A DNA stretch of 64,000 bases from Eledone cirrhosa. Lineage: Eukaryota. The position numbers and the translations under genes are program-made. Under the pieces are notes generated by a model. The model was not told the DNA's origin. It saw only the letters and a list, made by a program, of their open reading frames with translations, and made no database searches. The stretch is from contig OZ024763.1 in NCBI GenBank assembly GCA_964016885.1, forward strand, positions 23,002,001-23,066,000, read 5' to 3'. This document shows, one piece after another, positions 49,408 to 62,191 of the stretch (the stretch's first letter is position 1; every line of letters begins with the position of its first letter).

Positions 49408-52400
49408 ATCATCATCATCATCATCATCATCGTTTAACGTCCATATTCCACACTCGCATGGGTTTGGACAGGAGTTTTCCCACTTGAGGCAAGAGTGGTT
49501 GTCTTGCTCGCATAGGACTGTCTGGAAGGTTTTCTACAGCTGGATGCCCTTCTTAACACCAACCACATTTACAGTGTGGAACTGGGAGGTTTTTACCGTG
49601 TTACCTACACAGCCACATTACAGCGTGGACTGTGTGTTTTTTTTTGTCGTGACACCTACACGACCTCGTTTGTTTCGGGCTGGATGTTGTGGTACCAACA
49701 TAACTTTACATTGAAAAGGGTGGTGTGGATGGAGTGGGGGTAGTGGGACGGGGGTGTATTTTGTTTGAGGTGCCTACTGCTGTAGTAGGTTTTACTTTGC
49801 ACTTAGGTAAGGCAGGTCTTCTCTATTACTGTGTAGCGCCAAAGGTCTCGGTCCAGTGATATTGTCTTGGAGAGGTGTAAGTGTGTGAGGTCGGAATTTA
49901 TCAAGTCGTCCCAGGTTTTTCTGGGTCTGCCTACTCCGTGGCTACCGTCTATTTTTATTGCCCTGCACTTTTTTATACAGCTGTCGTCTTTCATGCGCAT
50001 CACGTGACCATACCAACATAGCCTTCTCTCGAGTAAACAACATCTGATCCCTCTTATTTCTAATTTTTCCCTTAGTTCGTTTATGCTTTGACGTTCACGT
50101 ATATTACTATTACACATCCAGCGGAGCATGCAAGCTTCGTTCCTCTCCAGTCTGCGTATATCCTCTGCACACAAAGCCCAAGTCTCACTGCCATGCAACA
50201 TTGCTGTTTGTATGCAGGCATCATACAGCCTGCCTTTCATTTTTAGGGAGAACCCTCTAGCGGCTAATAGTGGTATAAGCTCTCTGAACTTTTCCCATCC
50301 AGTTCTGACTCTAGCTACTGTACTTTCAGAGCACCCTCCCCCACTGCTGATTTTGTCACCCAGGTAACGGAAGCTGTCCACTATTTCTATAGAACCATCT
50401 GTGCAATGGAATGAGCTAGTATTCTGTGGGGACTTGTTGCTACTTATTGCACCAGAACACCAGCCACATATAAAATCTATGTTCTTAGTTAGCTTACCTG
50501 TGATCCCACTACATCTTTTATGCACCCATACTTTGCATTTGGGACATAAAATGGAGTTTCTACCTACTCCTTTCCAACACACTGAGCATGGCCATTTCCC
50601 GGATGGGACCGGTGCCCTATTTTCCTTCCTACAAACTAGAACTTTAGTCTTAGACAGGTTAATTTTAAGGCCTTTTGATTCTAGGCCATGCTTCCATGTT
50701 TGGAATTTCTTCTCTAGTTCGGCCATTGATTCAGCTATGAGCGTTAGATCATCTGCATATAGGAGTTCCCACGTGCAGCCGGTCTTGAACTCCACTGTTA
50801 TAGCCTGAAGGGCGATAATAAATAGTAGGGGGCTAAGAACGGAGCCCTGATGAACACCAACTTTTACACTAAACTCTTCACTATATTCGTTGTTAATTCT
50901 AACCTTGCTGACTGTTTCTTTATACATGGCTTGTATAGCTCTCACAAGCCATTCATCAACACCTAGTTTTCTAAGAGCCCACCAGATAATGGAACGGGGG
51001 ACTCTTTCGAAGGCTTTCTCCAAGTTGACAAAAGCTAAGTATAGGGGTTTACTTTTAGCTAGGTACTTCTCCTGTAGTTGTCGTACAATGAAAAGAGCGT
51101 CTGTGGTACTTTTGCCTGACACAAACCCGAACTGCATTTCATCTAGATCAATTCTCTCTCTGATTAGTTGCGCTATTACTTTTTTTGTGACCTTCATGAC
51201 CTGGTCGATTAATTTAATGCCTCTATAGTTACTCCTATCTAGGGCATCTCCTTTACCCTTGTAGCAGTTAATGATGATGCTGCTACGCCAGTCCTTCGGA
51301 ACAACCCCATTCTGTATGACTTGGTTTACTATCCGGGTGACCATGGTGTGTCCCACCGTTCCAGAAGCTTTCAGCATTTCAGCAACTATTTCCGAAGGCC
51401 CAGCCGCCTTACCCGTCTTCATATCTTTGATTGCCTTACTTATTATACTACCTTCGACTAACACTGCTGGTCCTTCTATTGGGTCGATGTGGGGGAGACT
51501 GTCTTTCTCCCATTTATTCTCCTCATTTAGTAGCCTTTCGTAGTGACACTTCCAAGCTACCTTCTTATCAGTGTCAGTGATGGCAAGTACACCATCATCA
51601 TTAAGTACACACTTCTCCCCGACAATATCACGGTTTTCCTTGACACATTGCCTAGCAATCCTGAACACCTCGCGTTGTAGAACATGCTTGAACTTTCTTT
51701 CCTCAGCTTCCCTTCTTGCTAAGTACACTTGTCTCCTAGCTTCCCTCCTGGCCACTTGGTAGTCTTCTCTACTTCCCCCATCCCGCCATACTTTCCAAGC
51801 CTGCTTTTTGGCCTTAATTGACTCCTCCACCTTACTGTTCCACCACCATATTACTCTCGTTCTGCCTATAGGCCTGCTCCAGTCACAGACTTCGTCTGCC
51901 GCCATCAGCAGGTTTGCTTTCAGGAATTCCCACTGTTCCTCTATATTGTACGACTCTAAATGCTCTTCCTTACTGTCAAAAGCATCAAGTAATATGCTTT
52001 TAAATTTATTTCTGGCTGTGGGGTCCTTTAGCTTCCATATTTTTCTCCTGAGGATAGTCCTCTTCTGCTGTCTAGTACGTCTTGTCCTGACTATGAGGTC
52101 GCTAATTATCAGTCTATGTTGGGAGGTGCATTCTTCATGGGGGAGAGAATTAGTGTTTACAACAGACCCTCTGTCACGTCTTCTGGTAAGGATATAATCT
52201 ACCTGGCTGGTATGTTCCCCTGATCTGTAGGTGATCAAGTGATTGTCTCGTTTTTTGAAGTTAGTGTTACAGATAGTTAGGTTATTTGCGTCACAGAATT
52301 CCAGGATTCTGGAGCCTTCCTCATTTCTAGTACCAAACCCATAGCCTCCGTGGATTCCATCATAGCCGTCACAATGTTGTCCAACGTGACCATTTAGGTC

Positions 52401-53000
52401 GCCAGCAATAATTATATAGTCACTGTCAGTTATTTGGGAGGTAGTGAGCATCAGTGTCTCATAGAATCTGTCTTTTATAGCGCCAGGCAGTCCGGATTGG
52501 GGCGAGTACGCAGATATTACTGTCACAGTAGTTCTATTTAGAACAAGTCTTATTTTAATTATTCTGTCATTCACTCTATTTACGTCTATTATCTTATCCA
52601 CCCATTTTTCTGCTAACATGATTCCTACCCCACCCAGCCCATTGTCATTTCCCACCCAGAAAAGCTTATAGCATCGTTTTTTACCCTCAATGAATCTAGC
52701 AGACCCGCCCCTCCACCTGGTCTCTTGGATACAGCAAACATCAACCTCCTTACGTTCAAGCATTTCTACCTCGTTAGAGCAGCCTTTTAAGGTGCCTACA
52801 TTCATGGTACCAATTCTGAAGTTTTGGAGGGAGGGGTGAGGGGGATGGGGTTGGGGTTATGTTGGCCATCCGCGGCCGCAACAAAGAGGAGGGGGCCTTG
52901 CCCTTTCGTCCGGCAGCATGAGGTGAATTTGTCGTTATCTTTGGCATTGTCTTCGAGTGTCCAGATTCTTCAGACTCTCCAGAAATTCCTTAGTCCATCC
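49408..53000 (-). mobile_element. Near full-length RTE-clade LINE (5' boundary uncertain)
   Basis: Single APE-RT ORF, 3' UTR, (GAT)n tail. Confidence 0.93.
49803..52805 (-). CDS. RTE ORF (APE endonuclease, RT, PHD finger), open for 1000 aa but with RT motif-A Asp-to-Asn
   Basis: NVGTL, IQETRW, SAYSPQ, GDLNGH, VDYIL, SQH; FVNLEKAFER; YADD; C4HC3. Confidence 0.9.
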   Translation of the reverse strand: MNVGTLKGCSNEVEMLERKEVDVCCIQETRWRGGSARFIEGKKRCYKLFWVGNDNGLGGVGIMLAEKWVDKIIDVNRVNDRIIKIRLVLNRTTVTVISAYSPQSGLPGAIKDRFYETLMLTTSQITDSDYIIIAGDLNGHVGQHCDGYDGIHGGYGFGTRNEEGSRILEFCDANNLTICNTNFKKRDNHLITYRSGEHTSQVDYILTRRRDRGSVVNTNSLPHEECTSQHRLIISDLIVRTRRTRQQKRTILRRKIWKLKDPTARNKFKSILLDAFDSKEEHLESYNIEEQWEFLKANLLMAADEVCDWSRPIGRTRVIWWWNSKVEESIKAKKQAWKVWRDGGSREDYQVARREARRQVYLARREAEERKFKHVLQREVFRIARQCVKENRDIVGEKCVLNDDGVLAITDTDKKVAWKCHYERLLNEENKWEKDSLPHIDPIEGPAVLVEGSIISKAIKDMKTGKAAGPSEIVAEMLKASGTVGHTMVTRIVNQVIQNGVVPKDWRSSIIINCYKGKGDALDRSNYRGIKLIDQVMKVTKKVIAQLIRERIDLDEMQFGFVSGKSTTDALFIVRQLQEKYLAKSKPLYLAFVNLEKAFERVPRSIIWWALRKLGVDEWLVRAIQAMYKETVSKVRINNEYSEEFSVKVGVHQGSVLSPLLFIIALQAITVEFKTGCTWELLYADDLTLIAESMAELEKKFQTWKHGLESKGLKINLSKTKVLVCRKENRAPVPSGKWPCSVCWKGVGRNSILCPKCKVWVHKRCSGITGKLTKNIDFICGWCSGAISSNKSPQNTSSFHCTDGSIEIVDSFRYLGDKISSGGGCSESTVARVRTGWEKFRELIPLLAARGFSLKMKGRLYDACIQTAMLHGSETWALCAEDIRRLERNEACMLRWMCNSNIRERQSINELREKLEIRGIRCCLLERRLCWYGHVMRMKDDSCIKKCRAIKIDGSHGVGRPRKTWDDLINSDLTHLHLSKTISLDRDLWRYTVIEKTCLT

Positions 53001-53325
53001 ATCATATCGAAAGCAACCAGAAATGATAGCATAGGCCGTTGACTTGTGATTGGTCCAAATAATAAAGGTGGAGAGTGGGTGCGGGAGGGAGGGGTATGGG
53101 GTAGTTAGCAAGGAGAAGATTATTTAGAACAGTGAGACAGAATTATAGAATAGCAATTATGAAGTAGGATTTGGATTCTGGGCGATTATAGATATATGGA
53201 TGAATGAACCGAAGGGTGGGGTGACAAGAAGAAAATGTTATTTATACATCACATTTCGTAGAAGTCGACTGACCATTAATAAGAGTTGACAAATTCTGAG
53301 TTTTGTCCCTCGTAACAGGCTTATT

Positions 53326-53816
53326 TATATTTGGTGCAAGTAGGAAGTGAGAGAGAGAGGGGGACGTATATGTTAGAGAGAGTGGGGGTAATAGCGATTT
53401 TGAGGGGCGAGAGAAGCCATTTTTATGAATCCTGGAAATCTTTTTGGCCAAAATGGTAGCGAGAAGATTATTTAGAACAGTGAGACAGAAATATATATAT
53501 ATATAAATTATTCATACCCACCTCTCTATGTATATATATATATATATATTTTCTTTTTATATAACAGACTGAATGAGTTGGGGTGTGTAACCCAACGATA
53601 CTTAAGTACCTGTATATGTCACAATTGTAACTAAATATATATATATGTGTGTGTGTGTGTCATCATCATCATCGGTTAACGTCCATCTTCCACATAGGTT
53701 AGACGGTTTTGTTCCATTTGATGCGGGAATGGTCGGGAGACCATGTCTCGCTCACATGGAAGTGTCTCTGGCAGGTTTTTTTTTTAACAGCTAGATGCCC
53801 TTCCTAACACCAACCA
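53326..53816 (+). repeat. About 490-bp local direct duplication (second copy 59485-59973)
   Basis: Near-identical, including microsatellite lengths and an RTE 3' end. Confidence 0.92.
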
Positions 53817-54169
53817 TCTCCGCCCATATTTTTCATGGTCTTCTTCTACTGTGTCTTCCTTCTACTGGGATTTCTTGGCACTTTTTTACCCAGTGGTCAT
53901 CCTCCATGCGCATAATATATATGGAGAGATAAAGAGAGGAAATGAGAAAGAGATATAGAGGAAGAAGCGACCCCAGTACTAGACTGGTATTTTTTTTATC
54001 AACCATGAATGGATGAAAAGCAAAGTTGACCTTGAGCAAGATTCGAACTCTAACATCAGAGACCCAGAACTAAAACCCACAAAGCCTTCTATCTGATGCT
54101 CTAACGACTCAGCTAATTCTCTGCCTCTATACATACATATATAAAACACATGCTTTCCTTCTGTGAAAA

Positions 54170-54300
54170 AAAATATATTTTTTCCTTTTCTTTCTTCCCG
54201 CTAGTTTATCTTTTTATTTCTTCTTCTCTCACAGTCTTTCTTCCAATGAAAGACTGACATCTGAACTGTTGACACTCCTTTCTACTATATCAAGCGCTAA
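54170..54300 (+). repeat. pLTR-like fragment; inverted copy at 56982-57095
   Basis: Direct comparison; resembles the reverse complement of 8880-8958. Confidence 0.8.
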
Positions 54301-54302
54301 AT

Positions 54303-54333
<31 letters not shown>

Positions 54334-54562
54334 ATATCATCATCATCATTTTACACCCACTTTTCCCTCTTGCAAGGGTGGGACGGGTCTTATATATATA
54401 TATATATATAGGAGGCGGATGCATTTGTGTGTGTATGCATATATATATACATACATATACACACACACACATATATATATATATATGAAAATGAAACTTC
54501 CTCGTTTTCTATTATATATATATTATGGAAAAACGAGGAAGTTTCATATATATATGTATATA

Positions 54563-54597
<35 letters not shown>

Positions 54598-56962
54598 GGA
54601 AGCTAGGAGAGAAGTGTACTTAGCAAGAAGGGAAGCTGAGGAAAGTTCAAGCATGTTCTACAACGCGATGACCAAAAACGTGAGGTGTTCAGGATTGCTA
54701 GGCAATGCGTCAAGGAAAACCGTGATATTGTCGGGGAGAAGTGTGTACTTAACGATGATGGCATACTTGCCATCACCGACACTGATAAGAAGGTAGCTTG
54801 GAAGTGTCACTATGAAAGGCTACTAAATGAGGAGAATAAATGGGAGAAAGACAGTCTCCCCCATATCGACCCAATAGAGGGACCAGCAGTGTTAGTCGAG
54901 GGGAGTATAATAAGTAAGGCAATCAAGGATATGAAGACGGGTAAGGCGGCTGGGCCTTCAGAAATAGTTGCTGAGATGCTGAAGGCATCTGGCACGGTGG
55001 GACACACCATGGTCACCCGCATAGTTAACCAAGTCGTACAGAATGGGGTTGTTCCGAAGGACTGGCAAAGCAGCATCATCGTTAACTGTTATAAGGGTAA
55101 AGGAGACGCCCTAGATAGGAGTAACTATAGAGGCATTAAATTAATCGACCAGGTCATGAAGGTCACGGAAAAAGTAATAGCGCAACTAATCAGAGAGAGA
55201 ATTGACCTAGATGAAATGCAGTTCGGGTTTGTGTCAGGCAAAAGCACCACAGACGCTCTTTTCATAGTACGACAACTACAGGAGAAGTACCTAGCTAAAG
55301 GTAAACCCCTCTACTTAGCTTTTGTCGACTTGGAGAAAGCCTTCGACAGAGTCCCCCGCTCCATTATCTGGTGGGCTCTTAGAAAACTAGGCGTTGACGA
55401 ATGGCTTGTGAGGGCTATACAAGCCATGTATAAAGAAACAGTCAGCAAGGTTAGAATTAACAACAAATATAGTGAAGAGTTTAGCGTAAAAGTTGGCATC
55501 CATCAGGGCTCTGTTCTCAGCCCCCTACTATTTATTATTGCCCTTCAGGCTATAACAGAGGAGTTCAAGACAGGCTGCCCATGGGAACTCTTATACGCAG
55601 ACGACCTGACACTCATAGCAGAATCAATGGCCGAGCTAGAGAAGAAATTCCAAACATGGAAGCACGGCCTAGAGTCAAAAGGACTTAAAATTAACCTGGC
55701 TAAGACCAAAGTTCTAGTTTGTAGGAAAGAAAACAAGGCGGCGGTCCCTTCTGGGAAATGGTCGTGCTCGGTGTGTAGGAAAGGCGTAGGTAGAAACTCC
55801 ATTTTATGTCCTAAATGCAAAGTATGGGTGCATAAAAGATGTAGTGGGATCACAGGTAAGCTAACTAAGAACATAGATTTTACATGTGGCCGGTGTTCTG
55901 GTGCAATAAGTAGCAGCAAGTGCCCACAAAATACTAGCTCTTTCAATTGCGCAGAGGGTTCTATAGAAATAGTGGACAGCTTCCGTTACCTGGGCGATAA
56001 AATCAGCAGTGGGGGAGGGTGCTCTGAAAGTACTGGTTGGAAAAAGTTCAGAGAGCTTATACCACTATTAGCTGCTAAAGGGTTCTCCCTAAAAATGAAA
56101 GGCAGGTTGTACGATGCCTGCATACGAACAGCAATGTTGCATGGCAGTGAGACCTGGGCATTGTGTGCAGAGGATATACGCAGACTAGAGAGGAACGAAG
56201 CTTGCATGCTCCGCTGGATGTGTAACAGTAATATACGTGAACGGCAAAGCAGAAACGAACTAAGGAAAAAATTAGAGATAAGAGGGATCAGATGTTGTTT
56301 ACTCGAGAGAAGGCTATGTTGGTATGGACACGTGATGCGCATGGAAGTCGATAGTTGTATAACAAAGTGCAGGGCAATAAAGATAGACGGTAGTCACAGA
56401 ATAGGCAGACCTAGAAAAACCTGGGACGAGCTGATAAACTCCGACATCACACACTTACACCTCTCCAAGACAATGTCACTGGACCGAGACCTTTGGCGGT
56501 ACTCAGTAACAGAGAAGACCCGCCTTACCTAAATATATATAGTAAAACCTACTCCAGCCAGTAGGCATCTCTAACAAAATACACCCCGTCCCACCACCAC
56601 CACCCCCACCCCATCCACACCACCCCGTTCTATGTAAAGTTATGTTGGTGCCGTGTCATCCAGGCCGAAACAAATGAGATCGTGTAGGCCAAAACAAATG
56701 AGATCGTGTAGGTGTCACGACAAAAAAACACACAGTCCACGCTGTAATGTGGCCGTGTAGGCAACACGGTAAAAACCTCCCAGACCCACACTGTAAATGT
56801 GGTTGGTGTTAGGAAGGGCATCCAACTGTAGAAAACCTGCCAGACAGTCCTATGCGAGCAAGACAATCACTCTTGCCTCAAGTGGGACTACCCCCGTCCA
56901 AACCCATGCAAGCGTGGAACACGGACGTTAAACGTTGATGATGATGATGATGATGATGATGA
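54598..56962 (+). mobile_element. 5'-truncated RTE LINE (PHD lineage), RT motifs intact
   Basis: ORF 54685-56532 with FVDLEKAFDRV, YADD and PHD; 3' UTR and (GAT)n tail. Confidence 0.94.
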
Positions 56963-57120
56963 TATATATATATATATACATATAGTAGAAAGGAGTGTCA
57001 ACAGTTCAGATGTCAGTCTTTCATTGGAAGAAAGACTGTGAGAGAAGAAGAAATAAAAAGATAAACTAGCAGGAAGAAAGAAAAGGAAAAAATATATGTA
57101 TATATATATGTGTGTATGTG

Positions 57121-57930
57121 TTCTTGGCCTCCTTTTGTTTGTGGCATATATTAATGACACAGATGCCAACTTAATATCAAGAAGTCTTCTTGTGAACGTG
57201 ACCTGGGCATTACGGTCTGCAGCGATTTGCGTTGGACGAAGCACGTCTCTAAAATTGTCAAGAGGGCTGAGGGTGTCTTAGCATCACTCAGCAAGACCTT
57301 TGTCAGCCGCTCTCCAGCTATCTATTTAAAGCTATGGTGCGGCCACACTTAGAATTTGCATCACCAGTCTGGAACCCCTATTATTGGAACATTGACCACT
57401 TGGAAACTGTTCAGAGACGTGCAACCAAGCGAATACCCTTCATCAGGCATCCACCATACTCTGAATGCCTTGCTTCCCTGGGCATGGATTCATTGAAGCT
57501 CCGACGCCTGGCAACTGACTTGGTAAACACCCACAAAATTGTTAACCATCTTGCCAACAACAACCCTGAGTACCTTTTTGATTTCCATGAGTCTAACACA
57601 CGTGGACATGCCCACAAAGTCAGAAAACAGCACAGTTCCCATGACTTTCGGAAACAATTTTTCACGCTCAGAATTGCTGAAGCATGGAACAAACTACCTG
57701 CATCAGTTGTTAACTGTCGAGACACTGCATCCTTTAAAACCTCCATGGTTCCCGAGATTCGCCAACACTACACCTAATGTTCCCCCTCCATACACATACA
57801 CACATGTATATCCTGACTCATACACTATTCACTTCCCTGACATTTGTATATTATTCTATGTACTATACATGCACCTTTGACGAGTTGTAGTGCACCTGAG
57901 CACGGTACACAATAATTTCATTATTTATTT
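57121..57930 (+). mobile_element. CR1-group LINE 3' fragment with internal deletion; carries one unamplified satellite monomer
   Basis: MVRPHLEFA...WNKLPASVVNCRDTASFKTSMVPEIRQHYT, then 3' UTR. Confidence 0.92.
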
Positions 57931-58033
57931 ATTTATATATATATATGTGTATATACACACACACATATATATGCAAGCAAAGAAAAGCGGACGTAAAATG
58001 ATGATGATGTATATATATATATATATATATGTA

Positions 58034-58114
<81 letters not shown>

Positions 58115-58306
58115 GTATTTAAGAAAGCCACAACAATGCAAAGGGAAATCTCGAGGTAGGAAGTGAAATATAGATAGGAAAAACAGGTGAAAGTGAAAAT
58201 TGAGAGAGACAAAGATGAAAACAAAACTTTTCGGGCTCACGCCCATCAACGGGGGGAAAACAGGCCAAGCGGAGAAAGTTGTGATGTCGTTAAGACAGGA
58301 ATGCCG

Positions 58307-58366
<60 letters not shown>

Positions 58367-58401
58367 ATATATATATGTATATATGTATATATATATATGT
58401 A

Positions 58402-58467
<66 letters not shown>

Positions 58468-58785
58468 CATATATATATATATATATTTATAATTGGTGTT
58501 GGATGCTTAAAGCATCCGTATGTGGTAGGCCGTATGAGCACTCAATGCTCTCATAGATCAGAGTATGATATCACAGAAAATCAGCTTTGTAGAATCGAGA
58601 CGTATCAAGGGACCGCGCGATTTCAGAGTCAGGTTTGATCACCACATCGATCGTGCCTCGAGCTGGTTGCCCGAGAAACAATTGTTATATGTCCAATAAA
58701 TTCCTTTCGTCGCAACACTGATTCTCTTTTTTCTGTGATATATATATATCTATATACACACACACACATATATATATATGTATCT

Positions 58786-58872
<87 letters not shown>

Positions 58873-58884
58873 GGAACCAGTAAG

Positions 58885-58978
58885 ACCCCGACAGCTGAGC
58901 TCAAGCCGTTTCGACGGCTAATTCTGGACTAAATGAAAATTTATCCTGGTATTTAAATAGCCGATCTTCTCAAGGGGT
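58885..58978 (-). ncRNA. Type I hammerhead, U3-A8 variant (left arm)
   Basis: Reverse complement of 59265-59358. Confidence 0.78.
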
Positions 58979-59264
58979 AATTCCATATATGGTCAAAGTG
59001 ATTGTCAAAAATCAGTAGTAATTCTGTGGTTGCAAATTAGTAGGGGAGATGGTGGCTAAACCTGCCAGTAGGAGAAAGAGGGGAGGGGGTGGAGTAGACC
59101 CAATCAAGCGTTGGTAGTGCCAGCTACAGCTGGGCATGATTGGGTCTACTCCACCCCCTCCCCTCTTTCTCCTACTGGCAGGTTTAGCCACCATCTCCCC
59201 TACTAATTTGCAACCACAGAATTACTACTGATTTTTGACAATCACTTTGACCATATATGGAATT

Positions 59265-59358
59265 ACCCCTTGAGAAGATCGGCTATTTAAATACCAGGAT
59301 AAATTTTCATTTAGTCCAGAATTAGCCGTCGAAACGGCTTGAGCTCAGCTGTCGGGGT
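59265..59358 (+). ncRNA. Type I hammerhead, U3-A8 variant (right arm)
   Basis: Stem I acccc/ggggt; core TTGAGAA 59270-59276; stem II ga(t)cggcta/tagccgtc; GAAA 59331-59334; stem III acggc/gctgt with palindromic tgagctca; GUC 59351-59353. Confidence 0.78.
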
Positions 59359-59449
59359 CTTACTGGTTCCTATTACCCACTCTACTACCTCAAGTATTGA
59401 GTACTTTGGTGCGTTATGGTCCACCTGGTTCCTTACCACATTTCCTTCG

Positions 59450-59492
<43 letters not shown>

Positions 59493-60134
59493 GTGCAAGT
59501 AGGGAGTGAGAGAGAGAGGGGGACGTATATGTTAGAGAGAGTGGGGGTAATAGCGATTTTGAGGGGCGAGAGAAGCCATTTTTATGAATCCTGGAAAATT
59601 TTTTGGCCAAAATGGTAGCAAGAAGATTATTTAGAACAGTGAGACAGAAATATATATATATAAATTATTCATACCCACCTCTCTATGTATATATATATAT
59701 ATATATTTTCTTTTTATATAACAGACTGAATGAGTTGGGGTGTGTAACCCAACGATACTTAAGTACCTGTATATGTCACAATTGTAACTAAATATATATA
59801 TATGTGTGTGTGTGTGTCATCATCATCATCGGTTAACGTCCATCTTCCACATAGGTTAGACGGTTTTGTTCCATTTGATGCGGGAATGGTCGGGAGATCA
59901 TGTCTCGCTCACACGGAAGTGTCTCTGGCAGGTTTGTTTTTTAACAGCTAGATGCCCTTCCTAACACCAACCACATTTACAGTGTGGACTGGGAGCCTTT
60001 TCACCGTGTCTCCTACAGGACCACTTTACAGTGTGGACTGTCGTGTCATCGACACAGTGGACGGAACGGGAGAGGGAGGATGGGATAGGGTGTGGCAGTG
60101 GGGTGTACATTGAGTTAAGAGGTATATATATATA

Positions 60135-61441
60135 TCATAATCTATAAAGCTCAGTGTGTGGTCATGCTCCTTTCTTATAGAAATCTACGATATAGAATTT
60201 CTTCAATTGAAATTTACAATTCAGTATTCGAAATAGCTTCGATTGCGTCTTGGCACATCTAATTTTTTCAATTTCACCCAGAATTACGCAAAAAATAGAT
60301 AAAACTCAATATTTTACGATTTTTCTGTCATTTAAACTGCTAAACTCTTTCCACTACCATTCAAAATCTATACAACTTCATACTTTCTGCTACTTTCTCT
60401 TTTATACTTCAAACTTACTGATTTATTTCCAAACGCATACAAACACACACTCACATAAATTGATCAAAAAAAATTTAAAGCAATTAAACAACGTGCGGGA
60501 TTTATAACCACAAATACACGACTATTCATTAACTTCCTTTCTTACACTCACTTCAAATGATAAAAAACATTTAAAGCAATTAAATAACGTGCGTGATTGC
60601 CAAAGAGAGAGAGAGAAGAGAGTGAGAGGGAGTGAGAGAGAGAATGTTTATTATTACATAAAGTACCAGTAATGTACTGGGTAATTGCTGGCCTTGTGCC
60701 AAAAAAGTAGAAACAATTATTACATTTCATACGTAACGACAATTATTCAAAAGCAACAGATACATTTATTCAACAAGCGATAAATCTTTTTTAAAACCTC
60801 TTTTCCAAACGCATACAAACACACACTCACTTCAACAACAACAACAATCTGCCTTTTATAGATAATGATAAACAATAATATCCTCTATGAGGTCACTAAA
60901 CCTGCTAGAAACAGCAGCTAACTCTCCCCCATATCACACCCCTCAATACTGTCTTAAATTTAGAAAACATATCTTCTATGTGGTCACTAAACCTGCTAGA
61001 AACAGCAGCTAACTCTCCCCCATATCACACCACTCCCAACTGTCTTAAATTTAGAAAACACATATCCTCTATGAGGTCACTAAACCTGCTAGAAACAACA
61101 GCTAACTCTCCCTCATATCACAACCCTTCCTACTGTCTTAAATTTAGAAAACACACAGACAACCATGCAGAACAACTCCATCGCAGCTCTGTTGTTCGGC
61201 GGGCATCGTCTACGCGCGTGTTGCGCAAGTACTGTGAAACAATAAATTTCAACACTTTTTTGCACCAAGATAATATCCATAGGCGAAACTACAATTGTCA
61301 CTGCTGGCGCAGCTCCTGCTTCCAGGTCTGCAATTCATTCACCCAGTGCCTGGCAGACAAAAAAGTGGTGCCATAAAATGGGTGGTGCAACCTAACTTTG
61401 GTAACCTAATGACCCCGAGCAACGCCGGGCTTTAATGCTAG
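60135..61441 (+). mobile_element. Non-autonomous Helitron
   Basis: A|TC start (tcataatctataaag); subterminal GC hairpin cccg(a)gc-aac-gccggg about 8 nt before CTAG|T; inserted in (TA)n; no TSD. 5' end less certain. Confidence 0.75.
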
Positions 61442-61636
61442 TATATATATATATATATCCAGGGAGTGTAACATGGAGTTACTGTAGGTTCACCTGGGTG
61501 AGCAATCGATGTTTAGGTTCACTTCAGTGTCGAGGTGTAGAGCTATACAGAGTGTAATATAATTATTATATATATATATAGTTATTCTGTAGCCTACATA
61601 GAGCACTCTCTTTTTCTTTACCTTTCCTATGGAAAT

Positions 61637-61692
<56 letters not shown>

Positions 61693-62191
61693 AGTATGTA
61701 TGTATACGTACATACATATATGTATACAGACGTACAGTAGCATGCATATATATATATATACATACAGGTACACATACATATATGTACGTATCAGTTTAGC
61801 GGACGCTTATTATAGCGCCCGCTTTGTTCGTTTGTAAACAAACTGAACAGCCTGAATTTATGCCGCACGGTGTTAAGGCAACCACGTCACCTTTTTGTTC
61901 AACACTGACACAGGAACGATGTACTAGTTTCAAGCTTGTTAGCTATCATCAGCACCGTATACCCATCTGCCAGATAGTTGAACGTTCGAAAGTATATACT
62001 TTCCTTATGAAAATTAACGGCTGAGCAGCCTAATTTGCATATCGAGTGAGTTAAATCGGTCAGGCGCACCGAAAACGATGAGTTGTAATAAAATGAAAAC
62101 GAAATTTCATTTCTCACTCTTAGTACGGCACTTACTTAAATGTAAGTATGTATGTATACGTACATATATGTATGTGTACCTGTATGTATAT

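Larger units (their letters stand above)
58870..59451 (+). mobile_element. Penelope-like pLTR fold-back (family A): 237-bp inverted arms 58870-59106 / 59137-59373 plus tail to 59451
   Basis: Arms appear perfectly complementary by eye; (TA)n on both sides. Confidence 0.92.

Noticed and set aside
58225-58260. Hammerhead-like motif on minus strand (gggc-gtga-gccc-gaaa)
   Set aside because: Core reads ccgttga and stems I/III cannot be paired; too degenerate. The same applies to a gaaatatgta motif near 63760(-).
60978-61376. 132-aa ORF in the Helitron as a captured gene
   Set aside because: Mostly the 87-bp repeat; non-ATG start; no recognisable domain.
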